Shown here in pieces: positions 1 to 14,099 of a stretch of DNA of 44,368 bases. Numbering within the stretch: the first letter of the stretch is position 1; each line of letters starts with the position of its first letter. The stretch is from Welwitschia mirabilis. Lineage: Eukaryota. The notes below the pieces were generated by a model. It did not search any database and had not been told where the DNA came from. It saw nothing but the letters and a program-made list of their open reading frames with translations. Location: the NCBI GenBank assembly GCA_051453625.1, contig JBOZIK010000001.1, positions 1,032,199 through 1,076,566 on the forward strand. Reading direction: 5' to 3'. Made by a program: the position numbers and the translations under genes.

Positions 1-2104
1 AATGATGCATATAATTAATCTTATTAATTAAAGCAAGAAGATTACTCACCCTAAGTAGGCGTATGAGTCATAAATATGATCTGTTTTTGTACTCTAATGT
101 CACTTATTACACATCCCACTTATCAATGATAAATCATATGATCTTATGATCTTGAGCTATGTGCCTTTGTTTATACATATAAAGAGATCCTTTCATCTCT
201 TGCAAAGGAGAGATACTTTCATTTTTTTATACAAGTGCATTTTTTTCTTTCCTCCCTCTTTCTTTTATTCTCTTACTTATGGAGCTTGGATCTTGATATC
301 TTGGAGCTAAGAAACTCTTGAGCTTGGATCTTCATCAATTTTCAACTATCAATGAATTATTTATTTTTCCCAAGTAAGCTCTTTATTTTTATTGTGCATA
401 TGATCTCTTTTTAATATTCTAATGGAATGATGTAATTATTGCATTAAGAGATTATTTATGATTTTTATGAAATAATGTTATAACATATTATTCCCTCTCC
501 TTGGATCTCACTAAGATGCTAGGAAGATATGAGGGGTCTCTTATGTTTGGTGATGGAAGTTCCTAATCGATGATTATGACCAAGTTACCAAGGGATTTAC
601 TATTAACAAAAGAGAAATTTGGATACCCATGTTTATTTTAATATTATATTTTTATCTATTATGCATTAGGTCCATTTTGTTAGGGACAAATTCTAATTCT
701 CAAAAATCTCTTTAGGCTAGTACTCTTTCATGGAAATCTAAGGCTCATAGTAAATGATTCTTTTTGAATTATTTATATCTTAACTATTATGCTTAGGCTA
801 TACTTTCTTTTATTTACCTTCATTATAATAATCCATGGAGATTATAATTTGAGTATGGAAAAATGTTTTTAGAATTGATAAAGCTCTAGGTANNNNNNAG
901 TTTCTTTAAGTAAATTGTTAAGATGTAATTTAATAGATTTAAATATTTTTATTATTATTAAAAGAAAGAAAACAAAAAAATATTTTCATTATTTAGATTT
1001 TCATTATTACAATCTTGAATATAGAGATGTTTTAGTATGGTTGTTTTTTTTATAATTATTTATATAAAATAAACCTAATTATGACTAGAATTATTATAAC
1101 TAATTAAATCATGTATTAAATATATACCNNNNNNNNNNNNNNNNNNNNNNNNNNNNNNNNNNNNNNNNNNNNNNNNNNNNNNNNNNNNNNNNNNNNNNNN
1201 NNNNNNNNNNNNNNNNNNNNNNNNNNNNTAATTATGACTAGAATTATTATAACTAATTAAATCATGTATTAAATATATACCCTAGCTAGAATTATATGCA
1301 TGCATTTGTCTGGTGTCTTCATCGAACATGACTAAATAAAGATAATTCTAATAATTATCATCTTCACACTTGAATTTTATCACTAAGGTTATTTGCATTG
1401 AATTTTCTTTACAATACCCTTTCGTAAGTGGATTTGATCACTACTTTTCTATCTACCCATGTATGAACTTACTTCAACTTAATATCTTGAGCCCTTAGCA
1501 TTGATAAATCATGTTTCACCATATAAAAATGTTTCAAGAAAGTAGGTGCCNNNNNNNNNNNNNNNNNNNNNNNNNNNNNNNNNNNNNNNNNNNNNNNNNN
1601 NNNNNNNNNNNNNNNNNNNNNNNNNNNNNNNNNNNNNNNNNNNNNNNNNNNNNNNNNNNNNNNNNNNNNNNNNNNNNNNNNNNNNNNNNNNNNNNNNNNN
1701 NTATTGAGTTTGAACACCAGTAATGGGAGTTACAATCTCTTATTATATTGATTAGGTATTATCCTTAAACTTATTCATGTATGTTTATAACAAGTTTACA
1801 TCTCCTTAACTATTCATAAAATATCTTCTATGTGATGAAAAACTAAGAAGAAATGGAGGTAAAAAACTTATAACATCACTTTTATTTGTAATAAAAATAG
1901 TCTAAAAATTATTTATTGATAAATATATAATATTAATATGACTTATTTTTCTTAGAATATGAAAATGCTAATAAAGGAATACATAAATTTTGATTCTGGG
2001 TTCTGCTATGTCTATTACATAAGAATATTAAATAAGAAAAAAAGAGAAAAATATATAGGAAAAATATAGTTATTAACTAGGGTAAGAGAAGAGAGGGTGT
2101 CACA
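1..2104 (+). repeat. 5' LTR (partial) of the Tekay-like Gypsy
   Basis: Aligns by eye with 9893-10648 and 11611-13262. Ends ...GAGGGTGTCACA just before the PBS. Confidence 0.9.
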
Positions 2105-2107
2105 AAT

Positions 2108-2119
2108 TGATATTAGAGC
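2108..2119 (+). promoter_or_regulatory. Primer-binding site, tRNA-iMet type (decayed)
   Basis: TGATATTAGAGC versus canonical TGGTATCAGAGC (one G>A, one C>T), 3 nt after the LTR-terminal CA. Confidence 0.88.
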
Positions 2120-3049
2120 TCTAGGTTAACTTAAATAATACTTATATTAAGCACTTATAAATTTATTAGAATACAAATCCAATTACATCTTTAACAAACT
2201 TTCTTATTAATAATCATAGAATTAGTTGTAACCATAATAACCTTAATTCTTAATATCTCTAAATTAGTTATATCCTTTAAAATCTTAAACTACGAGTAAA
2301 ACCAATTATATCCTTAATAATACTAGATTTCAAGATAACTCTAATTCTCAGGTAAGCATGAATTTAATCATATCTCCTAATAGCCATGAACTTTGTTATA
2401 CCTATAATTTTCTACTTCTAAACACATATCAAATTACATTCATATTAACCCTGATAATTATAAGGATTGCACTAATGATAATCTCAGCATCTTAATAATC
2501 CTAGAAGTCAATTAAATTTGGGATAGTTTGAAAGTATTCATTAGGTTAACTATAACCCTAAACCTTAGATGATCCTTATGATAGTTATATTTATAATAAT
2601 TCAAAATCTCTAAACAAAAAAAGAAAGATGATAAAGTTAAGTCATTAAAGGCTTTATTACCTTATAACTATAGATAATAATTACTTAGAAGAATTACAAT
2701 TATCTTAAGAATTTAGGATAATGATCTTATATGATTTCTTAAAGAGCTTAACCTTTTTCAAGAAATATAAATATTGAATATAATTAAATATCCAACTAGT
2801 TGTTCATTCTAAATTATGTGATCACATAATCTTAAAGTGAAAATCCATATTTATAACTTATAAATCTTATCTAATTAAAAATAAAGGAGGGGATAAACTT
2901 GATTATGTACTTTAAGATATAAATAAGGACTAATCACATCATAATGATAATAATGTCCTTTTTAAGATCATAAAAATATTTCTAAGTTTAATCTTTAACA
3001 ATATCTATCCTATTTCCAAATGTAATCTCATAAAAAATTGTCCTTTTAG

Positions 3050-6000
3050 ATGCCTCGTTGTCAATTCACAAGAGAGTCAACAACCTAATACTGGAAATCA
3101 ACCCTTATTCAACCTTAATCCAAAAGCAATGATGAATACATTCATGTAGTTCCTATCACAAATAGTAAATCAAGATAAAAATATACAAGTAAATAATTAT
3201 ATCAATCAACATAAGAAAGTGGGTATGAGGAAATTAATTCAAACTTTTAAGCTAAATCCATCAAAGTTTGTAGGATGTTTAGATACTTCTAAAGCAGAAG
3301 CATGGTTAAGAAATGTTAAAAATGTTATAGGTACCTTATGTTGTGATGAATATGAAAAGGATTTTTTAGCTATTTATATATTACAAGGAGAATCTAACTT
3401 ATGATGGAAAACAAAAATAACCAAGTTAGGAGATACAGAACTTTCATGAAGGGAATTTGAACACATCTTTAAGGAGAGGTATATTACCAACTTCTATATT
3501 CGCTAGAAGACTATCAAATTTTATAATCTAAGACAAGCCCATAATGTAACCATAGCATCTCATAATTGTAAATTTGTAGAATCATTAAGATATGTATTAC
3601 ATATGCATCTAGGCAAAGAAGCTAAAGAAAATATCTTTATTGATAGTTTTCTTCCTTTTATTGCTACTAAAGTATCCATGTTTTAACCTAACAGTCTAGT
3701 AGAAGTTATATAAAAGGAAAAGGTAGCACGAAAAAAAAAAACTAGTAGAGATAACAAGGAATTAATAAAAGAATTCCTCCATTAGGGCATATTCTTAAGA
3801 GAAACCGATCACAAATGTTTTATCAAAATAAGAATTGGTACTTTAGCAAAAATAATGTCAATAGTAGTAATAGTAGAAACAAAAATTTTAATAAATTAAA
3901 GTAGACTCCATTTAAAAGAAACTGAAATATTTCTAAACTAACCTATGTAACTAATCAATCTCAGAGATCTAACTTTAGTAAGTTCCTAATTAGTATTAGT
4001 ACCAAAACTAGTATAATAGATATCAATGCTACCATTGTAAAGGAAATCATAATGCAAGAGAATGTCCATTACATAATAGAGACCTTTCTAGATAACAATA
4101 AAAAAAACCTCAAGGATTAAAAAGTGTTTCTTAATTAATGGAATAACTTTGAGTAGTAGTAGATAATCAAGGGGTATAATTTCAGAGCTCTATTATAGAA
4201 GGTAAGGCTTTACTTAATAATAAAAAAGTAATTATTTTATTTAATTATAGAGCAACATATTACTTTATATCTCCTAGAATTATTGTAAGAGAAAAATTAT
4301 GTTGTACTTTCATTGAGGGATGCATAGAGCTAGAAAATGATTCCATGCCCAGATTTAATCAATGAGTCCAAAATTATACTTTATCATTAAGTGGGAAATA
4401 TTTTTAGATATAGTAAATTATTAGTGACTTAGTAAAATACAACATTATTTTGGATATGAATTAGTTAATGCAAAACATAGTAGTTATAAATTGTGAAAAA
4501 CATCAAGTTAAAATGATGAATTATGATCAAAGACTAATCTTTCAAGATCATTACAAATTAGTAGTGGTTAATTTAATTAATGAAAATCACATAAAAAGAG
4601 AAATTAATAGAGGTACACTAGTTTATATGATATATCTAAAACTAATTAGCTTAAAGGAAGGATAAATTCTAGTAAAGAATATGTCAATAGTCTAAGAATA
4701 TCTTGATGTATTTATAATAGAATTACTAGGAATTCCACCACTTTACAAAGTTAAGGTTTCCATTGAATTAATTCCAAGAATCCAACTAATTTTTAAGGTA
4801 TCAGATAGAATTTCTCCGCCAAAAACAAAATAATTAAAAATTTAGATTGAAGAACTCTTACTAAAAGGTTTAATTCATTTTAGTCTATCACCATGAGGAT
4901 TACCTATATTATGTGTAAAGAAGAAATATGGAATACTAAGATTATGTAGCTAAACAATGTTACTAGCAAGAATAAGTATCCACTACTAAAAATATATGAT
5001 CTTTTTGATCAGCTCAAGGAAGCTAAGATGTTCTCAAAAGTTGATCTAAAATCTAGATATTATCAAGTTTAAATTAAGGAAAAAGATATTCATAAAATAA
5101 CATTTAGAACTCTCTATGAGTATTATGATTTCACTCTTATGCCTTTTGGTTTAACTAATGCCCTTGCAATATTTACAAGTCTTATGAATTACAACTTTCA
5201 ACCATATGTTGATCCCTTTGTAATAGTATTTATTGATGATATCTTTATCTATTTCGAGACTTATGAAAAGCATGAAAAACACTTGAGAATAGTATTACAA
5301 ACTTTATGGAATCTTTAATTATATGCCAACATGAAAAAAAGCTCTTTTTTGGAAGAAATCCATTCATTTTCTAGGTTATGGAATATCTAAGAAAGGTATA
5401 TCAATGGATCAAGATAAAGTTAGAGTAATTATGAAATGTCTAATACCTATACATATTACTAAGCTTAGAAGCTTTTTTAGTCTTGTCAGGTACTATCATT
5501 GATTCATATTCAAACTTCCATAAGATAGCTTCTTTATTAACAAATTTTTTAAAGAGAAATAAAAAATTTCAATAGAAAAAAAAATGTCAATAGTCATTTG
5601 ATCATCTTAAAGAATGCTTAACTAGTGCTTCATTCTTAGCAATGGTAAATGATTAAAAAACCTTTTCAATTTATATTTATGCATCTAGAGAAGGTTTTGA
5701 AGTAGTTCTTGAACAAGATAAAATAGTAATAGCCTATGGATANNNNNNNNNNAAGCATTATCTCTATGATGTAAAGTTTCAAGTTTTGACAAATCATAAG
5801 AGAATAAAACACATTTTTACTCAACCAAATATAAACCTTAGGCAAATAAGATGGATAAATTTTTTTGTGATTTTGATGTAAATATTTTATACCATGAAGG
5901 TAAGGGAAATAACATTGCAAATGCTCTTAGTAGATGAGGTTATCTCAAATTAATCATGAAAATTCAAAGACAAGTTTCTACCATTATATTAAAAATATAG

Positions 6001-7416
6001 AAAAAGGATGAGAATTATCAAAAATTAAAGGATCACTTAGAAAAATCAATAGATTTAGAGTATTTTAGTATTAATCTAGATGATATTATCAGATTTAAAA
6101 GAAGATTTTTAGTTTTTAATGTAGATAGAATTAGACATAAGCTAATGTTTAAATTTTATAATCCACCTATAGCAAGTCATCCTAAAGGAACTAAAATGTA
6201 TCAAAACATGAAATAAAAATTTTGATGACCAAGGATGAAAAAGGATATAGCAGAATTTATGTCAAGATTCCTAAATTATTAACAAGTTAAAGTAGAACAT
6301 AAACATCCAATAGGATTACTTTATCATCATGATATTCTAGAATATAAATGGAATGTAACCTACATAGACTTTATTATAGGACTTCCAAAAACCCAAAGAG
6401 GTAATGACTCTATTATAATAATAGTTTATAAAGAAACTAAGTCAATACATTTTCTTTTAGTAAAATCTACTTATGATGCCAAGGATATAGCTAAAGGATA
6501 TATTCATAATGTTATTTTATTACATGATATGGATTTAGTAATTATCTTTGATAAAGACTCAAAATTTACTTTTAAGTTTTGGCAAGAATTACAAATGGGT
6601 TTAAAAACCAAGTTAAATTTGAGAATTGTATTTCATCCTCAAATAGATAGTTAGGCAAAAAGATTTAATTAAATTTTAGAAGATCTTCTCAGAGCATGTA
6701 TTATAGATAATTCCAAGAGTTGGGAAGAGTACCTATCATTGATAGAATTTGCATATAATAATAGTTATTAGAGTTTAATTCAAATGGCTTCATTTGAAGC
6801 TCTACATGATAGAAAATGTAGAGCATCCACTTTATGGACAAAATCTAAATAAAGATTGATGATAGGACTAGAAATATTATAATAAATAAAAAGTAAAATG
6901 AGCATCATAAAGAATAGACTTAAAGAAGTAGCGGATAGACAAAAGATGTATGTTAATCATCAAAGAAGAAATATTGAGTTCAAAAAAGGTGATAATATAT
7001 TTCTTAAAGTGTCACAAATGAAATTAGTAATGAGAGGAGTTAAGAAATCAAAGTTAGCTTCTTAATTCATTAAACCATTTAAAATATTAGAAAGAGCTAG
7101 ATCTATTACACACAAAGTTGTATTACCTCCTCAATTATTACATAAACATCATGTTTTTCATGTAAGTTTGATAAGATAGAATACTAAAGATCCTTCTGAT
7201 ATATTAAATTAATCTTATATTTAGGTGAAACCAGATTGTTCAATCATACAAAAGTTGGAAGTGGTGCTATACCAACAAACTATTAATTTATGAAACATGG
7301 AGATCCATCAAATTAAGACAAAGTAGAGCAATCACAATCTTGATAAAGCTACTTGGGAGCTAGAGGAAAAAATGAAAAATCGATACCCAAATTTTTTTGA
7401 ATCTCATAATATGTAA
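3050..7416 (+). pseudogene. Gypsy gag-pol polyprotein pseudogene (gag, Zn knuckle, protease, RT, RNase H, integrase, chromodomain)
   Basis: Starts ATGCCTCGT. Gag KLNPSKFVG..AEAWL (ORF 3219-3404); CYHCKGNHNARECP 4027-4068; decayed LFDSGATHSFIS ~4234-4272; EYLDVF ~4696; RT VFIDDIFIY ~5226-5252; integrase HP..TKMY ~6178, FHPQ.D ~6631, HHVFHVS ~7147; chromodomain ATWELEEKMKNRYPNFF ~7348-7398. Many stops and frameshifts. Confidence 0.95.
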
Positions 7417-7470
7417 TTAGGTGCTCTTAAGCTCTTTATATATCTTGATTTCTAGGAGTGAATCACTCTT

Positions 7471-7482
7471 AGTGGGGGAGGA
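7471..7482 (+). promoter_or_regulatory. Polypurine tract of the Tekay-like Gypsy
   Basis: AGTGGGGGAGGA immediately 5' of the LTR start TG at 7483. Confidence 0.88.
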
Positions 7483-7929
7483 TGATATATCCCATATTTT
7501 GTAAACCTTATTTACTTGGATATTAAGTATATTAAGATTTTAATCAAATGATTAATTATCCTTATTTAAAAACCTCATCAAAATAAGATGGTATTTTTAA
7601 TTAATCTTAATTTTTAATTTTATAATTTACCATAAAAATAATAAAAATTATGTTAGAAGGTTTTTTATCAGAAAAGTTGTTCAAACATTTAAAATTAGAT
7701 AATCCCATTATGTAAGGGATTAAAATCACATGATAAAAATAATAAATTAAAAATTTCAAGAGGACATAATGATAAATGTGATAGGTGTAATATATTATGA
7801 ATAGATATTTTTAACTTATGTTATGTGTTTGATAGATTTATGCATTATAAAATAAATGAACATGTAAATAAGTACATGCATTCTTACCTAAAACCAAGAA
7901 TGATAAATAAGTAGATTTACTCTACCACA

Positions 7930-10900
7930 ACTTTTATCTTCTTGAAATGTGTAAGGGAACTTGATTCATAGCATAATTATTGTTTTAGCTATTAGGATTG
8001 AAGAGTTCTCATTATACCATATGCTAGTTTTGAGATCTATGCATTTATTCTTTTGATACATGTCTTGGATGAATTAAACTTACTTATGAGCCTATGAACG
8101 ATTAAGAAGAAGCTGGCATGAGGAAATGATGCATGTAATTAACCTTATTAATTAAAATAAAAAGATTACTCACCATAGTTATGAGCATGAGTCATAAAAA
8201 TTATCTCTTTTTATACTCTAGTATCACTTATTACGCATCCACTTATTAATGCTAGATCATGTGATCTTATTATCTTGAACTATATGACTTCATTTATCTA
8301 TATATAGAGATCCTTTTCTTTCTTGGAAAAAGGTGATACTTTCCATTTTTCCATACCAATGCATTTTCTTCTTTGAGCTAAGGAACTCTTGAGCTTAGAT
8401 CTTCTTCAATTTTCAACTATTAGGGCCTTACTCATCTTCCCAAGTACGCTCTTTACTTTTATTATCTATATGATTAAGACTCCATATAATGATGTAATAT
8501 TACATTAGTGAATTTTTTATGATTTTTATGCAATTATGTTATAAAATATTATTCCCTCTTATTGGCTTTTATTAAAATGTTGGGGAGACATAAGGGGTCT
8601 ATTGTACTTGGTGATGGAGGTTACAAATGAATGATTATGGTAAAGTAACAAAGGTATTTACTATAGAAAAAAATAATTAGGTACCCATGTTTATTTTAAT
8701 TTTACATTTTTATCTATTATGAATTAGGTCCATCTCATTAGGGCTAAATCTAATCCTTAAAAATCTCTTTTAGGGTAGTACTTTTTCATGGAAATCCTAA
8801 TAATTATAGTAAATGGTTCTTTTTGAATTGATTTGATTTTTCTTTCTATTATGATTTGAATTAATAACTTAGTTAAGATATTTTGTAAGTAACTAATTCA
8901 TATATACATTATTCTACTTATCTAAATTATTACTTAACTAGTTGTAGAAACATTATTGTATTTTTATGATGAAAAAAATTAAATTTCCAAAAAAGAGACA
9001 TAGGATAAAAACATCATATCTTATTAATTAGAAGGTATAAATTAGTAAAAAAATTTTATAAGTTTAGAATTTTGTTATGAATGTGAAAATGTAAAAATAG
9101 TAATTTTTCTAAAGTGGAGTTATTTTTAAAAAATTTATTTGTTAGAATGAATTAGAAATTAAATGTAGAAAATAGGAAGTAATTAATTTAGATTTTTGTA
9201 ACTACTTGTTAATATATCTATAGACTTTAGCATGCTAAGTTATAGAAAATTAAATACACTTTCCAAAAAATCTTGGATCATTCAAAAACGTAAAGTATTT
9301 TAAAAGTTATAGTCCTTTTTGTGTAGTTTGACAAGACTATAATTTTATAAAATTTGATAGTTTTGGAACTTAGATCTCAAAAATAATATTTTTAAAATTC
9401 TAAGATAGTTTAAGTTACATTATAAGGATCTTATTATGTGTACAATTTTTGAAAAATTACTATATTTTCTATAGTTAGTTTATTATTAATTTTTGACTAT
9501 GATATCTCTTTAGATCCCTAAAACATTATAATTAAAGTTTTAAAGTATAGAAAATTATTAAATAAACTTTTATAAGAATTTAAATATATAANNNNNNNNN
9601 NNNNNNNNNNNNNNNNNNNNNNNNNNNNNNNNNNNNNNNNNNNNNNNNNNNNNNNNNNNNNNNNNNNNNNNNNNNNNNNNNNNNNNNNNNNATAACTTTT
9701 ATGTTCTTGAGATGTGTAAGGGAACTTTGTTTATAGCATACTAATTGTTTTATTTATTGGAATTGAAGAGTTTATCTTATTATGCCACATGACAATTTTG
9801 AGATTTATGCATTTATGTTTTTGATGCACGTCCTAGATGAATTAAACTAAATTATGAGCTTATAAAGGATTAAGAAGGATCTAACATGAGGAAATGATGC
9901 ATATAATTAACCTTGCTAATTAAAGCAAAGATATTAATTAGCCTAGTTAGGTGAATAAATCATAAATATGATCTCTTTTTGTACTCCAATATCACTTATT
10001 ATCCACTTTACTTATTGATGATAAATCATGTAATCTTATGATATTGAGCGATGTGCCTTTGTTTATCTATATATAGAGAGTTCTTCCTCTCTTGCAAAGG
10101 GGAGATACTTTTCATTTTTTCATACAAGTGCATTTCCTTCTTTTCTTTATCTTTCTTTTATTCTCTTAGTTATAGGATTGGAGATAAGAAATTCTTGAGA
10201 TTGAATCTTCATCAATCTTTAACTATCAAGGAATTACTAATCTTCATAAGAAAGATATTTACTTTTATCATCCTATGATGTCTTTTTAAGATTATAGTGA
10301 AATGATGTGATTACTGCATTAGGAAATTATTTATGGTTTTTATGCAGTTATGTTTAAAATATTATTCCCTTCCATTGGCTCTCACTGAGACATTAGGGAG
10401 ATATGAGGGATTTCTTATGCTTGGTAATGGAGGTCATTAATAGATGAGTATTACCAAGTAACTAAGGGGTTTACTATTTTTTTAAAAAAAGAAATTTAGG
10501 TACCCATGTTTATTTTAGTATTATATTTTTATCTATTATGCATTAGGTTAATCTTATTAGGGATAAAGTTTGATCTTCAAAAATTTCTTTAGGCTAGTAC
10601 TCTTTTATGGAAATCCTAAGGTTTATAGTAAATGGTTCTTTTTGAATTTATTTCATTTTCTTTTTGTAATGATTTGAATTATTAACTTAGTTAATATATT
10701 ATGTAAGTAGTTAGTTAGTATATTCATTATTTCATTGATCTAAATTATTTCTTAACTAGTTGTAGAAACTTTATCATATTTTTGTTATGGCAAAAATTAA
10801 ATTTCAAGAATAGAGGCCTAAGATTAAAACAACATAGCCTATTAATTAGTAGGTATAAATTAGTGAAATGTTTTTTTTCTAAATCTAGGATTATGTTATA

Positions 10901-11395
10901 AATGTGAAAATGTAAAAATAGTAATTTTTTTGATGTGTAATTATTTTTAAAAAAATTATTTCTAAAAACTTATTTGAAAATAAATGCAGAAAAAAGTAAG
11001 TAATTAATTTATATTTCTATATCCCAAAGTATGTTAAAAGTTATGATCATTTTAAAAGTTAGGATCATTTAAAAACTCAAAGTATGTTAAAAATTATGAT
11101 TATTTTAGTATATTATGGTAGAACTATAATTTTAGAAAATTTGATAGTTTTTAACATTAAATAATAACCTTAGAAATAATATTTATATAATTTAAAGATA
11201 GCTCAAATTAGATTATGGGGATCGTATTATGTGTCTAGTTTTAAGAAACTACTATAATTTATTTTTTGCTTCATAAATTAATCAATTATTAATTTTTGAT
11301 TATGATGTCTCCTTAGAGTCCAAAATATTATAATTACTATTTTAAATTATAGAAAAATTATTACGTAACAATTTATAGGGAATTTGAGTATATAA
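7930..11395 (+). repeat. Diverged ~1.77-kb direct duplication within the 3' LTR (~7930-9591 versus ~9692-11395)
   Basis: AATGATGCAT.TAATTAACCTT at 8125 and 9893 (offset 1768). Colinear throughout with many substitutions and indels; the copies are separated by a 100-N gap. Confidence 0.88.
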
Positions 11396-12025
11396 GATAC
11401 ATTTATATTAGTATCTTTTAAGTTAAATTACTTAAAAATTAAATAATATTTTATTCATACAAATTCCTTTTTTACCTTTTTTCTTTATCTTACGTTGAAT
11501 GTATATGCTTATAAGCGTTTTCATCTTAGTAGTTTAAGTATCATAAATAGTATTTGTCTTATCACTTATTTTCTTAACTTTTAATATAGCCATATGAATT
11601 TTGGATAAAGAGTTATATGTTAATCATTATGCTTGATCTATGCTTTCTTTTGTTTATCTTCACTACACCAATTTATGGAAATTGTCAAATGAGCATGGAA
11701 GAATGTTTATAATATTGACAAAGCTCTAGGTATGGTTTAGTTTCATTAAGTAAATTGTCAAGATGCAATGTGATATATTTGAATATTATTAATATTATTA
11801 AAAGAAAGAAAATAAAAAAAATCCTTTATTTAGATTTTCATTATTGTAATCTTGTATGTAGAGATGTTTTAGTATGCTTATTTTGTTTTTATGATTGTTT
11901 CTATAAAATGAACCTAATAAAGATTAGAATTATTATAATTAGATAAATAATCAATTAAATATATATACCTTAGTTTGAATTATATGCATGCATTTGTGTG
12001 GTGTATTTATTGAACATGACTAAAT

Positions 12026-13001
12026 TAAGATAATTTTAATAATGATCATTTCCACACTTGGTTTTTATCACCAAGGTGGGTTTTATTACATTTTTTTTAA
12101 TAATATCCTTTACCACTTAGCTACCCTACCCATCTATGAACTTACTCCACTTAATATCTTGATCCCTTAGCATCGATGAATCATGCTGCACCATCTAGAG
12201 ATATTTCAAGAAAGCAGGGATTATTTGTAAGCATGCATCTGCCTCATATACCACATATCATGTATATTAGAAATATATCAAGGCAAAGTAAAAGCATATA
12301 AAGTTGATCCTAACCATATTTGTATAGATTAGAAAAGTAGAACCAAATCATGGCTGGAGGGTGGCCAAATATTAAGTTGGAATACTATTACTGGGAGTTG
12401 CAACCTCCTATTATATTGGTTGGGTATTATCCTTAAACTTATTCACGTATGTTTATAACAAGTTTACATATCCTCAACTATTCGCAAGATATCTCCTATG
12501 TGATGAAAAACTAAGATAATTTTAATAATGATCATTTTCACACTTGGATTTTATCACCAAGGTGGGTTTCATTACATTTTTTTTAATAATATCCTTTACC
12601 ACTTTGCTACCCTACCCATCTATGAACTTACTCCACTTAATATCTCGAGCCCTTGGCATCGATGAATCATGTTGCATCATCCAGATATGTTTTAAGAAAG
12701 AGGGGATTATTTGTAAGCATGCATCTGCCTCACATACCACCTATCATGTATATTAGAAATATATAAAGGCAAAGTAAAAGCATATAAAGTTGATCCTAAC
12801 CATATTTGTATAGATTAGAACGTAAAGTAGAACCAACTCATGGCTAGAGGGTGGTCAAATATTAAGTTGGAATGCTATTACAGGGAGTTGTAATCTTCTA
12901 TTATATTGGTTGGGTATTATCCTTAAACTTATTCATGTATGTTTATAATAAGTTTACATCTCCTCAACTATTCACAAGATATCTCCTATGTGACGAAAAA
13001 C
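12026..13001 (+). repeat. Tandem duplication, 486/490-bp units (12026-12511, 12512-13001)
   Basis: About 30 substitutions by eye, mostly transitions, plus one 4-nt indel (CGTA at 12821). The junction sits on a TAAGA microhomology. Confidence 0.95.
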
Positions 13002-14099
13002 TAGGAAGACATGGAGGACACAAACTTATAACATCACTATTGTTTGTAAATTAAAATAATCTAAAAATTAATTATAGGTAAGTATATAATATTAATATAA
13101 ATTTTTTTCTTTAGAATATAGAAATGCTAATAAGGAAATAATAAAATTAAATCCTAGGTTTTGATGTGTCTATTAGATAAGAACGTTAAAGAAGAAAAGA
13201 AGAGGAAAAAAATAGAGGAAAAAATAATGCTTAAGAAGGGTAATAAAAGAGAGGTTGTCACACCTAATTACTTACATCACATGATAGCTTAAAAACAAAA
13301 TAACAATTAGAAGATTACAAGATAAAAGATGAAGTCAAAAGATATTTAAATTTCTCAAAGGAATTATTACATTTGGGATTTTAGTCATAAGAAACTTCTT
13401 TGATGGAAAGATTAGTCAAGGACTCTGAGATTTTGAATGAGTCTTAAATGAATCTTCTATAATAACCATTATGTCTAAGAAAATATTTGATGCCTTTAAC
13501 ATTCCCAGGAAGAGGAAGATGAGTGATAAGTTAAGTTATAGTATAGTTCATTTCTATCCCATTTTTAGAAATCACATGTCCTCATATTACGCCTTTTGTA
13601 GCCATAAGTTACATTTTTTCCAATTAAGGTTAATGTTTTATCTCCATAATGTGAAATAAGAAGTTATAAATGACATAGATATGAGCCAAATATTTCACTA
13701 ATAATAGAAAAATTACTCATGAAAACTTCAAGGAATTTTTCAATCATATTAAAGAAGATACTCCTTGTGCACTATTAGAGGTAGTTGGGAGATTACAAAG
13801 GCCAAAGAAAATTCTCTTAAAGGTAAAGGTTCTAGATAGATATGTAGAAATGATCTCTTATTAGTCTTTAAGATTAATTTCTATTTAGGTATATTCTAAA
13901 TATCCCTCTAAGTAAACCTTTTATCCCTAGCTTGTAATGGGAGTAAATATTAAGTCTAATATATTTTCGATTTTTTAATGATTAAAACTATTGTAGACTA
14001 TGTTTGAGACTTTTTTAGTTATACCACTCATTTCATTTAGGATTTTCATCATGCTTAGATTTAAATTTTTTTTAATTTTCTAATTGTGTTCTTTTCACA

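Larger units (their letters stand above)
1..13262 (+). mobile_element. Ty3/Gypsy chromovirus (Tekay/Del-like) LTR retrotransposon, degenerate; 5' end lies outside the window
   Basis: LTR-PBS-gag-PR-RT-RH-INT-chromodomain-PPT-LTR order. LTR ends are GGGTGTCACA (2095-2104) and GGTTGTCACA (13253-13262); the 3' LTR starts TGATATATCCC at 7483. Confidence 0.93.
7483..13262 (+). repeat. 3' LTR of the Tekay-like Gypsy (~5.8 kb as assembled, with two internal duplications and a 100-N gap)
   Basis: Follows the PPT, is homologous to 1-2104 and ends TGTCACA. Confidence 0.82.

Noticed and set aside
1076..1281. Exact 53-bp direct repeat flanking an N gap (1076-1128 / 1229-1281)
   Set aside because: Identical copies at contig edges, and the homologous 3' LTR region has a single copy. 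Scaffolding overlap artefact.
10051..13054. Short hydrophobic ORFs in LTR sequence (10051, 11755, 12544, 12872), and similar ones at 18645, 26859, 27846, 34333 and 35654
   Set aside because: AT-rich F/L/I/Y/K-biased chance ORFs inside LTRs; where a partner LTR copy exists the ORF track shows no matching ORF.
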